Shown here: positions 29,426-40,488 of the stretch, piece after piece
Layout: the number at the start of each line of letters is the position of its first letter
Position numbering within the stretch: the stretch's first letter is position 1
Source of the DNA: Gammaproteobacteria bacterium
GTDB taxonomy: Bacteria; Pseudomonadota; Gammaproteobacteria; JAJDOJ01
Direction of reading: 5' to 3'
Assembly: GCA_026984215.1 (NCBI GenBank)
Contig: JALSSO010000129.1
Location: 23,362 to 87,361 of the forward strand
Length of the DNA stretch: 64,000 bases
The notes under the pieces: model-generated
Database searches by the model: none
What the model was told of the DNA's origin: nothing
What the model saw: only the letters and a program-made list of their open reading frames with translations
Program-made: the position numbers and the translations under genes

Positions 29426-30626
29426 CGAGACCCTGACCCGGATGCCGGATGCTGCCGGCCACTACGGCCCCTACGGCGGGCGGTTCGTGGCCGAGACGCT
29501 CATGGAGCCCCTGCTGGAACTCACCGAGGCCTGGGAGCGGTTCCGCGGCGATCCGGAGTTTCTGGCCGAGCTGGAGGCGGATCTGCGTGATTACGTGGGT
29601 CGGCCCTCGCCCTTGTATCACGCCGAGCGCTGGAGCCGGGAGCTTGGCGGGGCGCAGATCTTTCTCAAGCGCGAGGACCTGAATCACACCGGCGCCCACA
29701 AGGTGAACAACACCGTGGGCCAGGCCCTGCTCGCCCGGCGCATGGGTAAGCGGCGCATCATCGCCGAGACGGGGGCCGGCCAGCACGGCGTGGCCACCGC
29801 CACGGTGGCCGCGCGCATGGGCCTGGAGTGCGTGGTGTACATGGGCGCCGAGGACATCCAGCGCCAGGCACCCAACGTCTATCGGATGCGCCTGCTGGGT
29901 GCCGAGGTGGTGCCGGTGACCAGCGGCTCGCGCACCCTCAAGGACGCGCTCAACGAGGCCATGCGCGACTGGGTCACCCATGTGGACGACACCTTCTACA
30001 TCATCGGCACCGTGGCGGGTCCCCATCCCTATCCGGCCATGGTACGGGACTTTCAGGCGGTGATCGGCCGCGAGACCCGCGAGCAGATCCTACAGCGCGC
30101 CGGGCGGCTGCCGGACGCGCTGGTGGCCTGCGTGGGCGGAGGGTCCAATGCCATGGGGTTGTTCTATCCGTTTCTGGAGGATCGCGACGTGCGCCTGATC
30201 GGCGTGGAGGCGGCGGGGCTCGGCCTGGAGACGGGCAAACATTCCGCCCCCCTGTGCGCCGGCAAGCCCGGCGTGCTGCACGGCAACCGCACCTATCTCA
30301 TGGAGGATGGCGACGGGCAGATCATCGAGACCCACTCCATCTCGGCGGGGCTCGACTACCCGGGTGTGGGCCCGGAGCACGCCTGGCTCAAAGACATCGG
30401 CCGGGCCGAATACGTGGCCGTCACCGACGAGGAGGCCCTGGCGGGTTTCCATCGGCTCACGCGCACCGAGGGGATCATTCCAGCGCTGGAATCCAGTCAC
30501 GCCCTGGCCTACGCCGAAAAGCTCGCCCCGCGGATGGACCGGGACGCCATCGTGGTGGTGAACCTCTCGGGTCGCGGTGACAAGGATCTGAACACCGTGG
30601 CCCGCATCGACGGGATCGCGCTGTGA
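29409..30626 (+). CDS. trpB: Tryptophan synthase beta chain
   Basis: GRFGGRFV-type N-terminus ([14 protein letters not shown]), PLP-lysine motif [17 protein letters not shown]. Confidence 0.95.
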   Translation: MQNSNDETLTRMPDAAGHYGPYGGRFVAETLMEPLLELTEAWERFRGDPEFLAELEADLRDYVGRPSPLYHAERWSRELGGAQIFLKREDLNHTGAHKVNNTVGQALLARRMGKRRIIAETGAGQHGVATATVAARMGLECVVYMGAEDIQRQAPNVYRMRLLGAEVVPVTSGSRTLKDALNEAMRDWVTHVDDTFYIIGTVAGPHPYPAMVRDFQAVIGRETREQILQRAGRLPDALVACVGGGSNAMGLFYPFLEDRDVRLIGVEAAGLGLETGKHSAPLCAGKPGVLHGNRTYLMEDGDGQIIETHSISAGLDYPGVGPEHAWLKDIGRAEYVAVTDEEALAGFHRLTRTEGIIPALESSHALAYAEKLAPRMDRDAIVVVNLSGRGDKDLNTVARIDGIAL

Positions 30627-31456
30627 GCCGTCTGGGTCCGGTGATGGCGCGGCTGCGCGCGGCGGGTCGCAAGGCGCTGATCCCCTACATCACCGCCGGC
30701 GACCCCGAGCCCGTGGCCACCGTGCCCATGATGCACGCGCTGGTCGAGGCCGGGGCCGACGTGATCGAACTGGGCGTGCCCTTCTCCGATCCCATGGCCG
30801 ACGGGCCGGTGATCCAAGCCGCCTGTGAGCGGGCGTTGGCGCACGGCACCGCGCTGCACGACGTACTCGACATGGTGCGCCGTTTCCGGGAGCGGGACGC
30901 CGACACTCCCGTGGTGCTCATGGGTTATCTCAACCCCGTGGAGGTGATGGGCTACACCACCTTCGCCCGGACCGCCGCGGCGGTGGGCGTGGACGGCGTG
31001 CTCACCGTGGACATGCCTCCCGAGGAGGCCCACGAGCTGGTGCGCGCCCTGCGCGCGCACGAACTGGACCCCATCTTCCTGGTGGCGCCCACCAGCGACC
31101 GCCGGCGCATCGAGGCCATCGCCGCGGCGGCCAGCGGTTTCCTCTACTACGTCTCGCTCAAGGGGGTGACCGGTGCCGACGCGCTGGACGTGGACGCCGT
31201 GGCGCGTAAGCTCGAGGAGGTCCGCGCGGTCACGGACCTGCCCGTGGGCGTGGGTTTCGGGATCAGCGATGCGGCCCGCGCGGCGGCGGTCTCGGTCGTC
31301 GCCGATGCGGTGGTGGTGGGCAGCGCCCTGGTGCGCCGCATCGCCGAGCATGCCCAGGAACCGGCGGCCGCCCGGGAGGCCGTCGGTGGCCTGCTGCGCG
31401 CCATGCGCCAGGCGATGGACGCGGCCGTGCATCCTGCGGAGACCGCCCGGTCATGA
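30623..31456 (+). CDS. trpA: Tryptophan synthase alpha chain
   Basis: [10 protein letters not shown]...[18 protein letters not shown]...[13 protein letters not shown] start overlaps the trpB stop. Confidence 0.9.
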   Translation: MSRLGPVMARLRAAGRKALIPYITAGDPEPVATVPMMHALVEAGADVIELGVPFSDPMADGPVIQAACERALAHGTALHDVLDMVRRFRERDADTPVVLMGYLNPVEVMGYTTFARTAAAVGVDGVLTVDMPPEEAHELVRALRAHELDPIFLVAPTSDRRRIEAIAAAASGFLYYVSLKGVTGADALDVDAVARKLEEVRAVTDLPVGVGFGISDAARAAAVSVVADAVVVGSALVRRIAEHAQEPAAAREAVGGLLRAMRQAMDAAVHPAETARS

Positions 31457-32322
31457 GCTGGTTCGAGAAACTGGTCCCCACCCGCATCCGCACCGAGGGG
31501 AGTCCGAAACGCAAGGTCCCGGAGGGACTGTGGGAGAAATGCGCAGGCTGCGGGGCGATCCTGTATCGCGCGGAGCTGGAACGCAATCAGGACGTCTGCC
31601 CCAAGTGCGGGCATCACAAGCGGATCGGCGCGCGGCGGCGTCTGGATCTGTTTCTCGATCCGGAACCCCGCACCGAGATCGGCGCCGAACTCGAACCGCG
31701 TGACGTACTCAAGTTCCGCGACAGCAAGAAATACAAGGACCGGCTGAGCGCAGCCCAGAAGAAGACCGGTGAGAAGGATGCGCTCGTGGTGGTCAAGGGG
31801 CAGGTGATGGGGGTGCCGCTGGTGGCGGCCGCCTTCGAGTTCGGCTTCATGGGCGGTTCCATGGGCGCGGTGGTGGGAGAGCGTTTCGTGCGCGCGGTGG
31901 AGACCTGCCTTGCCGAGGGCATTCCCCTGGTGTGTTTTGCGGCCAGCGGCGGGGCGCGCATGCAGGAGGCCCTGATCTCGCTCATGCAGATGGCCAAGAC
32001 CAGCGCCGCGCTGGGTAGGATGGCCCGCAAGGGGATCCCCTACGTCTCGGTGCTCACCGATCCCACCATGGGAGGCGTCTCCGCCAGCCTCGCCATGCTC
32101 GGCGACGTCCACCTGGCCGAACCCGGTGCGCTGATCGGTTTCGCCGGGCCGCGGGTGATCGAGCAGACGGTGCGCGAGAAGCTGCCGGAGGGTTTCCAGC
32201 GCAGTGAGTTCCTCCTGGAACACGGGGCTATCGACCGGATCGTGGACCGGCGGGAGATGCGCGATACCGTCACCGACCTGCTCACCATGCTGATGCGCCA
32301 GCCGGCCATCCGCGCCGACTGA
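31453..32322 (+). CDS. accD: Acetyl-CoA carboxylase carboxyltransferase subunit beta
   Basis: MSWFEKL start, Zn-ribbon [26 protein letters not shown], carboxyltransferase core. Confidence 0.95.
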   Translation: MSWFEKLVPTRIRTEGSPKRKVPEGLWEKCAGCGAILYRAELERNQDVCPKCGHHKRIGARRRLDLFLDPEPRTEIGAELEPRDVLKFRDSKKYKDRLSAAQKKTGEKDALVVVKGQVMGVPLVAAAFEFGFMGGSMGAVVGERFVRAVETCLAEGIPLVCFAASGGARMQEALISLMQMAKTSAALGRMARKGIPYVSVLTDPTMGGVSASLAMLGDVHLAEPGALIGFAGPRVIEQTVREKLPEGFQRSEFLLEHGAIDRIVDRREMRDTVTDLLTMLMRQPAIRAD

Positions 32323-32353
32323 CGCTCCCGCCGCGGCCAGCCCCCGAGCCGTC

Positions 32354-33628
32354 ATGACCGTCCGCCGCACGCTGGCCGACTGGCTGGCCTGGCAGGAAGG
32401 CCTCCATCCGAAGGCGGTGGACCTGGGTCTGGAGCGCGTGGCCCGGGTGGCCGAGGCGATGGGTCTGGTGCCGCCCCCCTACCGGGTGCTGACGGTCGCG
32501 GGAACCAACGGCAAGGGCTCCTCGGTGGCTTATGCCGAGGCGCTGCTGCGCACGGCCGGACTGCGCGTGGGCGCCTACACCTCGCCCCACCTGCTGCGTT
32601 ACAACGAGCGGGTGCGCATCGACGGGCGCGAGGCCGCCGATCCGGAGCTGGTGGCGGCCTTCGAGGCGGTGGACGCGGCCCGCGGGCGTGTGCCCCTCAC
32701 CTACTTCGAATTCGGCACGCTGGCCGCCCTGCACCGGTTCGGCGAATGCGCGGTGGATGTGGCCGTGCTGGAGGTGGGCCTGGGGGGAAGGCTGGATGCG
32801 GTCAATGCGGTGGACGCCGACGTGGCGCTCATCACCTCCATCGGGCTGGACCACATGGAATGGCTGGGCCCGGATCGCGAGTCGATCGGGCGCGAGAAGG
32901 CGGGCATCCTGCGCCCGGGTCGGCCGGCCGTGCTGACCGACCCGGCACCGCCGGCCTCGGTATTGAACCGGGCGCGGCAGCTGCGGGTGCCCCTGCGACG
33001 GGTGGGGGTGGATTTCCACGTGCGGGAAACGGGACGGGGGCGTTGGCGCCTGGCGTGGTCCCAAGGGATCCGCTGGAATCTCCCCGGGCCGGGCATCCCA
33101 GGCCGCCCGCAGTGGCTCAATGCGGCCGGCGCCATCGAGGCGGTGAGGGCGTTGGGCGTGGCGCTCGATCGCGATCAGGTGGCGAACGTGCTGCCCCGGG
33201 TGCGGCTGCCCGGGCGTTTCCAGCGTCTGGCCGGCGCGCCGGAGCTGGTCCTGGACGTGGCCCACAACGAGGATGCCTGCGCCGCCCTGGCCGATTCCCT
33301 GCATGCGGCGCCGCCCCGGCGTCCCACCGTGGCCCTGTTGGGGGTGCTCGCCGACAAGCGGCCACAGGCCATGGCGAGACGGCTCGCCGAGCGGATCGAT
33401 TCCTGGGTGGTCACCACGCCCCCCGGCGCCCGAGCCTTGGAGGCGGACAAGACCGCCGAGGCCCTGACCTCTGCCGGACTCTCGGGCCCGGTGCATTGCG
33501 TCCCGGCCGTGGCCGAAGCCCTGGCAGCGGCCCGGGCGCGGGCCGGACCCACCGGGCGCGTGGTCGTGTTCGGCTCGTTCCGGACCGTGGAGGCGGTATG
33601 CCGGCTTGTGGGCCGGGGCGATCAGTGA
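32354..33628 (+). CDS. folC: Bifunctional folylpolyglutamate synthase / dihydrofolate synthase
   Basis: Mur-ligase P-loop VAGTNGKGSS and FolC motifs. accD-folC adjacency is conserved. Confidence 0.9.
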   Translation: MTVRRTLADWLAWQEGLHPKAVDLGLERVARVAEAMGLVPPPYRVLTVAGTNGKGSSVAYAEALLRTAGLRVGAYTSPHLLRYNERVRIDGREAADPELVAAFEAVDAARGRVPLTYFEFGTLAALHRFGECAVDVAVLEVGLGGRLDAVNAVDADVALITSIGLDHMEWLGPDRESIGREKAGILRPGRPAVLTDPAPPASVLNRARQLRVPLRRVGVDFHVRETGRGRWRLAWSQGIRWNLPGPGIPGRPQWLNAAGAIEAVRALGVALDRDQVANVLPRVRLPGRFQRLAGAPELVLDVAHNEDACAALADSLHAAPPRRPTVALLGVLADKRPQAMARRLAERIDSWVVTTPPGARALEADKTAEALTSAGLSGPVHCVPAVAEALAAARARAGPTGRVVVFGSFRTVEAVCRLVGRGDQ

Positions 33629-34287
33629 TCTGCTGTGTGCAGGTGTTCCAGGAACCAGTCGCGGGCGGCCGTGGCGGCGGCCTCCAACGTCCCCGGCTCT
33701 TCGAACAGGTGGGTGGCCCCGGGGATGACCTCGATCCGGTGGGGCGCCGTGAGGCGGGCGGCCGCGGCGCGGTTGAGCTCCAGCACCGGATGATCCAGTC
33801 CCCCGACGATGAACAGGGTCGGGGCCTTGACCCGGGACAGCGCATGCTCGGCAAGGTCCGGCCGCCCGCCCCGCGAGACCACGGCGGCCACCCGCGCGGG
33901 CCGTTCCGCGGCGCAGATGAGGGCCGCCGCCGCCCCGGTGCTGGCCCCGAACAGGCCGAGCGGCAGCCTGGCGATCGGGGTCTGCGTGTCCACCCAGTCC
34001 ACGGTGGCCGTCAGCCGCCGGGCCAGCAGCGGGATGTCGAAGCGGAACTGATAGGTGTACTGATCGATCTCGTGTTCCTGGGGCGAGAGGAGGTCGAACA
34101 GCAGGGTGGCGAGTCCGGCCTCGTTGAGCACCCGGGCCACGAAGCGGTTGCGCGAGCTGAAACGGCTGCTGCCGCTGCCATGGGCGAACACCACGAGGCC
34201 GGTGGGCTCCGGCGGTAGGGTCAGGTAGCCCTCGAGCCGCGCGTCCCCGGCGTCGATCCGCACGTCCCGCCGCCGGGCCTCGGTCAT
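33622..34287 (-). CDS. Dienelactone-hydrolase-like alpha/beta hydrolase
   Basis: Nucleophile elbow GASTGAAAA, alpha/beta-hydrolase fold (LVVFAHGSGSSRFSS...IVGGLDHPVLE...PGATHLFEE). ATGA-coupled to the upstream PRTase gene. Trimmed to MTEARRRDV. Confidence 0.75.
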   Translation of the reverse strand: MTEARRRDVRIDAGDARLEGYLTLPPEPTGLVVFAHGSGSSRFSSRNRFVARVLNEAGLATLLFDLLSPQEHEIDQYTYQFRFDIPLLARRLTATVDWVDTQTPIARLPLGLFGASTGAAAALICAAERPARVAAVVSRGGRPDLAEHALSRVKAPTLFIVGGLDHPVLELNRAAAARLTAPHRIEVIPGATHLFEEPGTLEAAATAARDWFLEHLHTADH

Positions 34288-34955
34288 GGTGTCCCTTCCG
34301 CCGGACGAGCCTCCCAGGCCTGCTGCAGGAGCGTCCGCACCTCCTCGTCGGTGGTCTGGGAAAAGTCGGCGTACCATTGGCCCACGGCGGCGAACCAGGT
34401 GGGTGTGAGCAGGACCACCACGTCGTCCACCTCGGTCCGCAAATGCTCCACCGTATCGGGCGGCGCGACCGGAACCGCCACCACGATGCAAGCCGGATCG
34501 CACTGGCGCACCGCGGCGATGGCGGCACGCATGGTCGATCCAGTGGCCAGTCCGTCATCGACCAGGATCACACAGCGACCCTCGATGCGCGGCAGCGGGC
34601 GGTCGCCCCGGTAGGCGCGCTCGCGGCGCCGCAGCTCGGCGTATTCCTGCTCGGCTACCCGGTCGATGGTGGCCCGGTCGATGCCGAGCCCCTGCACCAC
34701 CGAGGGATTCAGCACCTCGATGCCGCCGGAGGCGATGGCCCCCATCGCCAGTTCAGGCTGACCCGGTGTGCCCAGCTTGCGCACCAGAAGGAGATCGAGC
34801 TCGGCACCCAGGGCCTGGGCCACCTCGAAGGCCACGGGTACCCCGCCGCGGGGCAGCGCGAGCACCAGCACGTCGTCTCGCCCGGCATAGGCCTGCAGGG
34901 CCTCGGCCAGCCGCCGGCCGGCCTCGCGCCGGTCCCGGAATCCCTGTTCGTTCAT
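34284..34955 (-). CDS. Type I phosphoribosyltransferase-domain protein (COG1926-like)
   Basis: PRPP-binding motif VILVDDGLATGSTM. The standalone PRTase + DLH arrangement is the widely conserved pair, fused in some actinobacteria; function unknown. Confidence 0.75.
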   Translation of the reverse strand: MNEQGFRDRREAGRRLAEALQAYAGRDDVLVLALPRGGVPVAFEVAQALGAELDLLLVRKLGTPGQPELAMGAIASGGIEVLNPSVVQGLGIDRATIDRVAEQEYAELRRRERAYRGDRPLPRIEGRCVILVDDGLATGSTMRAAIAAVRQCDPACIVVAVPVAPPDTVEHLRTEVDDVVVLLTPTWFAAVGQWYADFSQTTDEEVRTLLQQAWEARPAEGTP

Positions 34956-35099
34956 GCCGACTCCCGCAAACGACCGTCATCGAATCCCATAAAACAACTA
35001 TGGTTGCACCCCGGGCGAGTTTCAATGGAAACCTCGCGTGCGTGGCCTGCGTGAAGAACACGCATCCACGCCCCCACGGGGTTATCATTAGCGCCCTGC

Positions 35100-35759
35100 G
35101 TGGTTTCGGTTTCTTCCTCCGTGAATCATCGACTCAAGCAAAGGCTGATCGGTGGGGCGATTCTGGTCGCCTTGGGCGTGATCTTTCTCCCCATGCTGCT
35201 CGACGGATCGGGCTGGCGTGAACGGCAATCCGATCTGCTCGAGATGCCCCCCGAGCCCGAGATCGTGATGCCGGAGCGGCCCGAGTCGACCCGGCGGCCG
35301 GTCTCCATTCCCGACGCTCCGCGGCAGGCGGCGAGGCCTTCGACGGCGGCGGAATCACCGAGCGTCTCCGAGCCGGCCGCCGTGGCCCCGTCCCCGAAGC
35401 CCGGGCCCGGTGCCGTGTCCGAGGTCGCCAGGGCGCGGGAGGTGCCGCCGAAGGGTTCCCCCGCCGAGCCGAAGGCCAGGCCCCGGCCGGCGCCGCGTTC
35501 CGACTCCCCGTCGGTACCGGCGAGCGGGGGCTGGAGCGTGCAGGTGGGGGCCTTCGAGAAGAAAGGTGGCGCCGAGAAACTGGCCGCCCGCCTGCGACAG
35601 CGCGGCTACCCGGTCTTCGTTCGCCGCACGGACGTGGGCAGCAAGTCCTTGTACCGGGTTAAGGTGGGGCCGGTGAAGACCCGTACCGAGGCCCTGTCTC
35701 TCAAGAAGCGGCTGGAGCGCTCGGAGCACCTGAGCAGCCTGGTCCAACGGGAACGTTGA
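35100..35759 (+). CDS. dedD: SPOR-domain cell-division protein DedD
   Basis: N-terminal TM (LKQRLIGGAILVALGVIFLPMLL), Pro/Ala-rich linker, C-terminal SPOR (GWSVQVGAFEKKGGAEKLAARLRQRGYPVFV...YRVKVGP). Sits in the folC-dedD-cvpA-purF position. Confidence 0.75.
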   Translation: MVSVSSSVNHRLKQRLIGGAILVALGVIFLPMLLDGSGWRERQSDLLEMPPEPEIVMPERPESTRRPVSIPDAPRQAARPSTAAESPSVSEPAAVAPSPKPGPGAVSEVARAREVPPKGSPAEPKARPRPAPRSDSPSVPASGGWSVQVGAFEKKGGAEKLAARLRQRGYPVFVRRTDVGSKSLYRVKVGPVKTRTEALSLKKRLERSEHLSSLVQRER

Positions 35760-35763
35760 GGGC

Positions 35764-36375
35764 ATGGACGCCCAGGGCGCGCCCTGGATCGATCTGGGCA
35801 TCGGTGTGGTGCTGGCCCTGTCGGCCGTGATCGGTCTTTGGCGGGGCTTCGCCCGGGAGGCCCTGGCGCTGCTGGTGTGGGTGCTGGCCGTCGTGGCGGC
35901 GGTGAAGGGATATCCTTGGGCGCAGGGCCTTTTTCCGGTGCATTGGGATACCCTGGAGTTGAAACTTGGGGAGACGGCGTTCACCGTGACCCGTCTGCGG
36001 GCGATGCTCGGTTTCGGAATGATTCTGCTGGTGGTGTTGCTGGTCGGCTCCCTGTTCAACCGCTGGCTCGTCAAGCACCTGTTCGCGGACGCATTCCATC
36101 TCACCGACCGCTTGTTGGGGCTGCTGTTCGGGTTGGTGCGTGGGGCGGTCGTGGGTGTGGGTTTTGTGCTGGTGGCCGGACTGACTCGATTGCCCTTCGG
36201 CGATGCCTGGGCCGCATCGCGGCTCGTGCCCGCTTTCCAGACCGGTGCCGAGATCGTCATCGGCTGGCTCCCCCCGCAATACCGTGACTATTTCTCCTAT
36301 CCTCCCGCTCGTCCCTTGCCCTTCGGGCTTGGTGATAAACTGGGAGTTCCCCGTTCTCGGAATGGCAGTGTTTGA
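35764..36375 (+). CDS. cvpA: Colicin V production protein CvpA
   Basis: WIDLGIGVVLALSAVIGLWRGFAREALALLVWVLAVVAAV, multi-TM. Longer C-terminal tail than E. coli CvpA. Confidence 0.85.
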   Translation: MDAQGAPWIDLGIGVVLALSAVIGLWRGFAREALALLVWVLAVVAAVKGYPWAQGLFPVHWDTLELKLGETAFTVTRLRAMLGFGMILLVVLLVGSLFNRWLVKHLFADAFHLTDRLLGLLFGLVRGAVVGVGFVLVAGLTRLPFGDAWAASRLVPAFQTGAEIVIGWLPPQYRDYFSYPPARPLPFGLGDKLGVPRSRNGSV

Positions 36376-36378
36376 GCC

Positions 36379-37890
36379 GTGTGTGGAATCATCGGGATCG
36401 TCGGCCGCGCGCCGGTGAATCAGGCGCTCTACGACGGCCTGACCGTCCTGCAGCACCGAGGCCAGGACGCCGCGGGGATCGTGACCTACGACCGGGCGCA
36501 GCGCCGGCTCAATCTACGCAAGGGCAAGGGCTTGGTGCGCGACGTGTTCCAGGAACGGCACATGCTCCGGCTCAAGGGCGACGCCGGCATTGGCCACGTA
36601 CGGTATCCGACCGCCGGCAGCGCGGCGTCGGCCGAGTCGCAGCCGTTCTACGTCAATTCGCCCTACGGGATCGCGCTAGGCCACAATGGCAACCTGATCA
36701 ATGCGGAAGCCCTGCGGGCGGAGCTCTTCCAGCAGGACCGACGCCACATCAACACGGACTCCGATTCGGAGATCCTGCTCAATGTCCTGGCTCAGGAGTT
36801 GCACCGTCAGGACGGGCTGCGCCTGGCCCCCGAGCACCTGTTCGAGGCCGTGGCCGGCGTGCACCGGCGCTGCGTGGGCGCCTACGCCGTGGTGGCCATC
36901 ATCGCCGGCTACGGCGTGCTCGCCTTCCGCGATCCGCATGGCATCCGTCCGGCGGTGTTCGGCCGCCGGGAGACGCCCCGCGGCCCGGAGTACATCGTGG
37001 CCTCGGAGAGCGTGGCATTGGATGTGCTGGGCTTCGAGTTGATCCGAGACATCGCCCCCGGCGAGGCCGTCTACGTCGATCTGGACTTCCAGCTCCACAC
37101 CCGCCAGTGCGCCGAGCGCCCCTTGCTGAGTCCGTGCATCTTCGAGCACGTCTATTTCGCCCGTCCCGATTCGGTCCTGGACGACGTGTTCGTGCACAAG
37201 GCCCGGATGCGCATGGGCGACCTTCTGGGGCAGCGCATCCTGGAGCAGTGGCCGGATCACGACGTGGACGTCGTGATCCCCATCCCCGATACCAGTCGCA
37301 CCGCTGCCCAGGAGCTGGCCCACCGGCTGGGAGTGAAATACCGCGAGGGATTCATCAAGAACCGCTACATCGGTCGGACCTTCATCATGCCGGGCCAGCA
37401 GCAGCGACGGCGTTCGGTACGCCAGAAGCTCAACCCCATCGGTCTGGAGTTCCGCGGCAAGAATGTGCTGCTGGTCGACGACTCCATCGTGCGCGGCACC
37501 ACCTCCCGGGAGATCGTGCAAATGGCTCGTGATGCCGGCGCGCGGCGCGTGTATTTCGCCTCGGCGGCACCCCCCATCCGCTATCCCAACGTCTATGGGA
37601 TCGACATGCCTTCGGCCAGCGAGCTCATCGCCCATGGCCGCAGCGAGGAGGAGGTCTGTGCGGCCATCGGTGCCGACCGGTTGTTCTATCAGGCGCTGGA
37701 GGATCTGGTTGCGGCCGTACGCACCGGCAATCCGGCGATCCGGCGTTTCGACACTTCGGTGTTCACCGGCGAGTATGTGACCGGGGTCAGTCCTGAGTAT
37801 CTGCGCGTGCTCGAACACGAGCGTAGCGACGAGGCCAAGGCCCGGCGTGACCGCGAGAATGCCGAGCTGGCCATTCACAACGACCCGTGA
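36379..37890 (+). CDS. purF: Amidophosphoribosyltransferase
   Basis: N-terminal nucleophile MCGIIGIVG (GTG start), PRTase motif [14 protein letters not shown]. Full length. Confidence 0.95.
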   Translation: MCGIIGIVGRAPVNQALYDGLTVLQHRGQDAAGIVTYDRAQRRLNLRKGKGLVRDVFQERHMLRLKGDAGIGHVRYPTAGSAASAESQPFYVNSPYGIALGHNGNLINAEALRAELFQQDRRHINTDSDSEILLNVLAQELHRQDGLRLAPEHLFEAVAGVHRRCVGAYAVVAIIAGYGVLAFRDPHGIRPAVFGRRETPRGPEYIVASESVALDVLGFELIRDIAPGEAVYVDLDFQLHTRQCAERPLLSPCIFEHVYFARPDSVLDDVFVHKARMRMGDLLGQRILEQWPDHDVDVVIPIPDTSRTAAQELAHRLGVKYREGFIKNRYIGRTFIMPGQQQRRRSVRQKLNPIGLEFRGKNVLLVDDSIVRGTTSREIVQMARDAGARRVYFASAAPPIRYPNVYGIDMPSASELIAHGRSEEEVCAAIGADRLFYQALEDLVAAVRTGNPAIRRFDTSVFTGEYVTGVSPEYLRVLEHERSDEAKARRDRENAELAIHNDP

Positions 37891-38486
37891 ACGTCACCAC
37901 TGAACTCCCGCGTGGGGTGCGCCGGCTGGCCCGATGGGCCTGCCTGCGCCTGGGCCGCGACCAGGTCGATTGCGTGGTGGTGGACGTGGCCGAGCAACGC
38001 CTGTACTGGATGGCCTCCGAGACCGCCTGGCGCAGTTATCCCGTGTCCACGGCCCGCGCCGGGGTCGGGAGCCGGGAGGGCAGTTTCCGCACCCCCACGG
38101 GACTTCACCGGGTGAGCGAGCGGATCGGCGCGGGGGCGCTCCCCGGCTCGATCTTCCGCGGGCGTCGGGCCACGGGGGAGACCGCACCGATCCTCACCGA
38201 ACCGGTCCCGGCCGAGCGCGATGCGGTGACCACCCGGATCCTGCGGCTGGACGGCCTGGATCCCGGACGCAACCGGGGGGCCGGGATCGACACGCGCGAG
38301 CGCTATGTCTACATTCACGGGACCCCCGAGGAGGGGCTGATTGGGACACCGGCCTCCATCGGCTGCATCCGGATGCGCAACGCGGACGTGATCGACCTGT
38401 TCGATCGGGTGGCCGAGGGCACCCCGGTGGTCATCGCCCAAGAACCGGATGTCTTTCCACTGCCTGCGACCTGGGGATGCGCATGA
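37887..38486 (+). CDS. L,D-transpeptidase (YkuD) domain protein
   Basis: Catalytic motif [29 protein letters not shown]. No evident signal peptide. GTG start overlaps the purF stop. Confidence 0.8.
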   Translation: MNVTTELPRGVRRLARWACLRLGRDQVDCVVVDVAEQRLYWMASETAWRSYPVSTARAGVGSREGSFRTPTGLHRVSERIGAGALPGSIFRGRRATGETAPILTEPVPAERDAVTTRILRLDGLDPGRNRGAGIDTRERYVYIHGTPEEGLIGTPASIGCIRMRNADVIDLFDRVAEGTPVVIAQEPDVFPLPATWGCA

Positions 38487-39673
38487 CCGATTCGTTGAAA
38501 AACCGCCGTTTCGACACCCTGGCCGTTCGTGTCGGGCACCATCGCACCCCGGAGGGCGAGCAATCCGAGCCGATCTTCCCGACCTCCAGTTACGTCTTCG
38601 AGAGCGCGGCCCAGGCGGCGGCCCGCTTCTCGGGTGAGGCTCCCGGCAACATCTACTCGCGTTTCACCAACCCGACGGTCCGGGTCTTTCAGGAACGGCT
38701 GGCGGCCCTGGAAGGAGGCGAGTCCTGTGTGGCCACCGCCTCGGGTATGTCGGCGATCCTCGCCACCTGCCTGGGTCTGCTGCAACAGGGCGACGCCTTG
38801 GTCTCCTCCAAGGCGGTGTTCGGCTCCACCGTGATGTTGTTCGACAACTACATCGCCAAGTTCGGCGTCGATGTGCATTACGTGGACGGCCCGCGCACGG
38901 AGGACTGGGCGGCAGTGATCGAGCAGGTCCGACCGCGGCTGGTGTTTCTGGAGACCCCCTCGAACCCCCTGACCCAGGTCTACGACATCCACGCCATCGC
39001 CGATCTGTGCCATGCGGCCGGCGCCTTGCTGGTGGTGGACAACTGTTTTTGCACGCCCGCCCTGCAACGGCCCCTGATGCTGGGTGCCGACATCGTGGTC
39101 CATTCGGCCACCAAGTACATCGACGGGCAGGGGCGTTGCATCGGTGGCGCCGTGGTGGGAGACGCCGAGCGGGTGGGCAAGGACGTCTTCGGCGTGTTGC
39201 GCACCGCAGGGCCGAGCATGAGTCCGTTCAATGCCTGGGTGTTCACCAAGGGGCTGGAGACCCTCTCGCTGCGCATGGCGGCCCACAGCCGCAATGCCTT
39301 GCAGATCGCCCGCTGGTTGGAGACGCAGGCGAAGGTGGCGCGGGTTCACTACCCGGGACTGCCGTCGCATCCACAGCACGAACTGGCCGCCCGGCAGCAG
39401 ACGGATTTCGGCGGGATCGTGGCCTTCGAGCTCAAGGGCGGCCGTCCGGCCGCCTGGCGGCTGATCGACGCGGTACGGATCTTTTCCATCACGGCCAACC
39501 TGGGCGATGCCAAGTCCACGATCACCCATCCGGCCACGACCACCCATGGCCGACTCAGCCCGGAACAGCGGGCCCAGGCAGGGATCGGCGACGGCCTGGT
39601 GCGCATCGCCGTGGGGCTGGAGGATCCGCTGGACCTCGTCGAGGACCTGGAACAGGCCTTGGCGGGCGTGTGA
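38477..39673 (+). CDS. metZ: O-succinylhomoserine sulfhydrylase
   Basis: Cys/Met-metabolism PLP enzyme with N-terminal FDTLAVRVGHHRTPEGEQSEPIF...YSRFTNPT and PLP-Lys region SATKYIDGQG. purF-metZ adjacency as in Pseudomonas. An alternative ATG lies at 38483. Confidence 0.9.
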   Translation: MRMTDSLKNRRFDTLAVRVGHHRTPEGEQSEPIFPTSSYVFESAAQAAARFSGEAPGNIYSRFTNPTVRVFQERLAALEGGESCVATASGMSAILATCLGLLQQGDALVSSKAVFGSTVMLFDNYIAKFGVDVHYVDGPRTEDWAAVIEQVRPRLVFLETPSNPLTQVYDIHAIADLCHAAGALLVVDNCFCTPALQRPLMLGADIVVHSATKYIDGQGRCIGGAVVGDAERVGKDVFGVLRTAGPSMSPFNAWVFTKGLETLSLRMAAHSRNALQIARWLETQAKVARVHYPGLPSHPQHELAARQQTDFGGIVAFELKGGRPAAWRLIDAVRIFSITANLGDAKSTITHPATTTHGRLSPEQRAQAGIGDGLVRIAVGLEDPLDLVEDLEQALAGV

Positions 39674-39690
39674 TAGAGGAGGCGCAGCGC

Positions 39691-40488
39691 ATGCACTATT
39701 CAGTGAACGGCGCTCTGTGGCTCGGCATCCTCTGCCTGGCGCTTGCGGCCGGGCCGGGCTGGGCCGGGCGTGCCGCAGGCACGCAAGCCGTAGCGGCCGA
39801 TCCGGGGCCGGCGACCATCCTGTGGTTCGACGAGCGTGAGCCCGGTGTGAACCCATACCGCACCCGCATGATCGTGGCGCGCGATTACGTGCGCATGGAC
39901 GACGGGGCCGCGGGCGACGATTTCGTGCTCTTCGACCGGCGTACGGGGGCCATCCACAGCGTGAGTCACGAGGACCGTACGGTATTGGACGTGCCGGCCC
40001 GCGAAGTCCGGCGGGAGCCACCCTACGAACTGCGGCTCACCGAGTCTCGAGAGCCCCAGGCAGAGGCCCCCAAGATCGACGGCCGTACGCCCGAGCACCT
40101 GGTCTTCAAGGTCAACGGCAAGACGTGTTACGAGGTGATCGCGGTACCCGGGCTCCTGGAGGACGCCGTGGCCGCCCTGCGCCAGTACCACCGCAGTCTC
40201 GCCGGCGAACAGGCGCAGACCCTGGACTGGACGCCGCCGGAGATGCAAACGCCCTGCATGCTGGCCAATGTGGTGTTCTATCCGGCCCGCCATCTGGCCT
40301 ATGGCTTTCCGGTGCAGGAGTGGGACTATCGAGGTTACGTACGTGCCCTGCGCGACTACCAAGTCGGCGTGACGGTGGATCCGACCCTGTTCCGGCTACC
40401 CGAGGACTATCGCCACTACCGTATCGAGGATATCCGAGCCCGGTCGTTCGGCACGGAACCGATGGGTGCTCCCGAGGCGTCCAATTGA
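39691..40488 (+). CDS. Hypothetical secreted protein
   Basis: GAGGAGG Shine-Dalgarno 8 nt before ATG. Signal peptide MHYSVNGALWLGILCLALAAGPGWA. No family recognised. The 3' end overlaps the convergent lpxH by about 73 nt. Confidence 0.55.
   Translation: MHYSVNGALWLGILCLALAAGPGWAGRAAGTQAVAADPGPATILWFDEREPGVNPYRTRMIVARDYVRMDDGAAGDDFVLFDRRTGAIHSVSHEDRTVLDVPAREVRREPPYELRLTESREPQAEAPKIDGRTPEHLVFKVNGKTCYEVIAVPGLLEDAVAALRQYHRSLAGEQAQTLDWTPPEMQTPCMLANVVFYPARHLAYGFPVQEWDYRGYVRALRDYQVGVTVDPTLFRLPEDYRHYRIEDIRARSFGTEPMGAPEASN

Noticed and set aside
32282-34558. 758-aa minus-strand ORF
   Set aside because: Antisense to folC over most of its length. Only the separate minus-strand PRTase/DLH frames downstream are real.
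38315-40021. 568-aa minus-strand ORF
   Set aside because: Antisense to metZ and the secreted hypothetical. No family signal.
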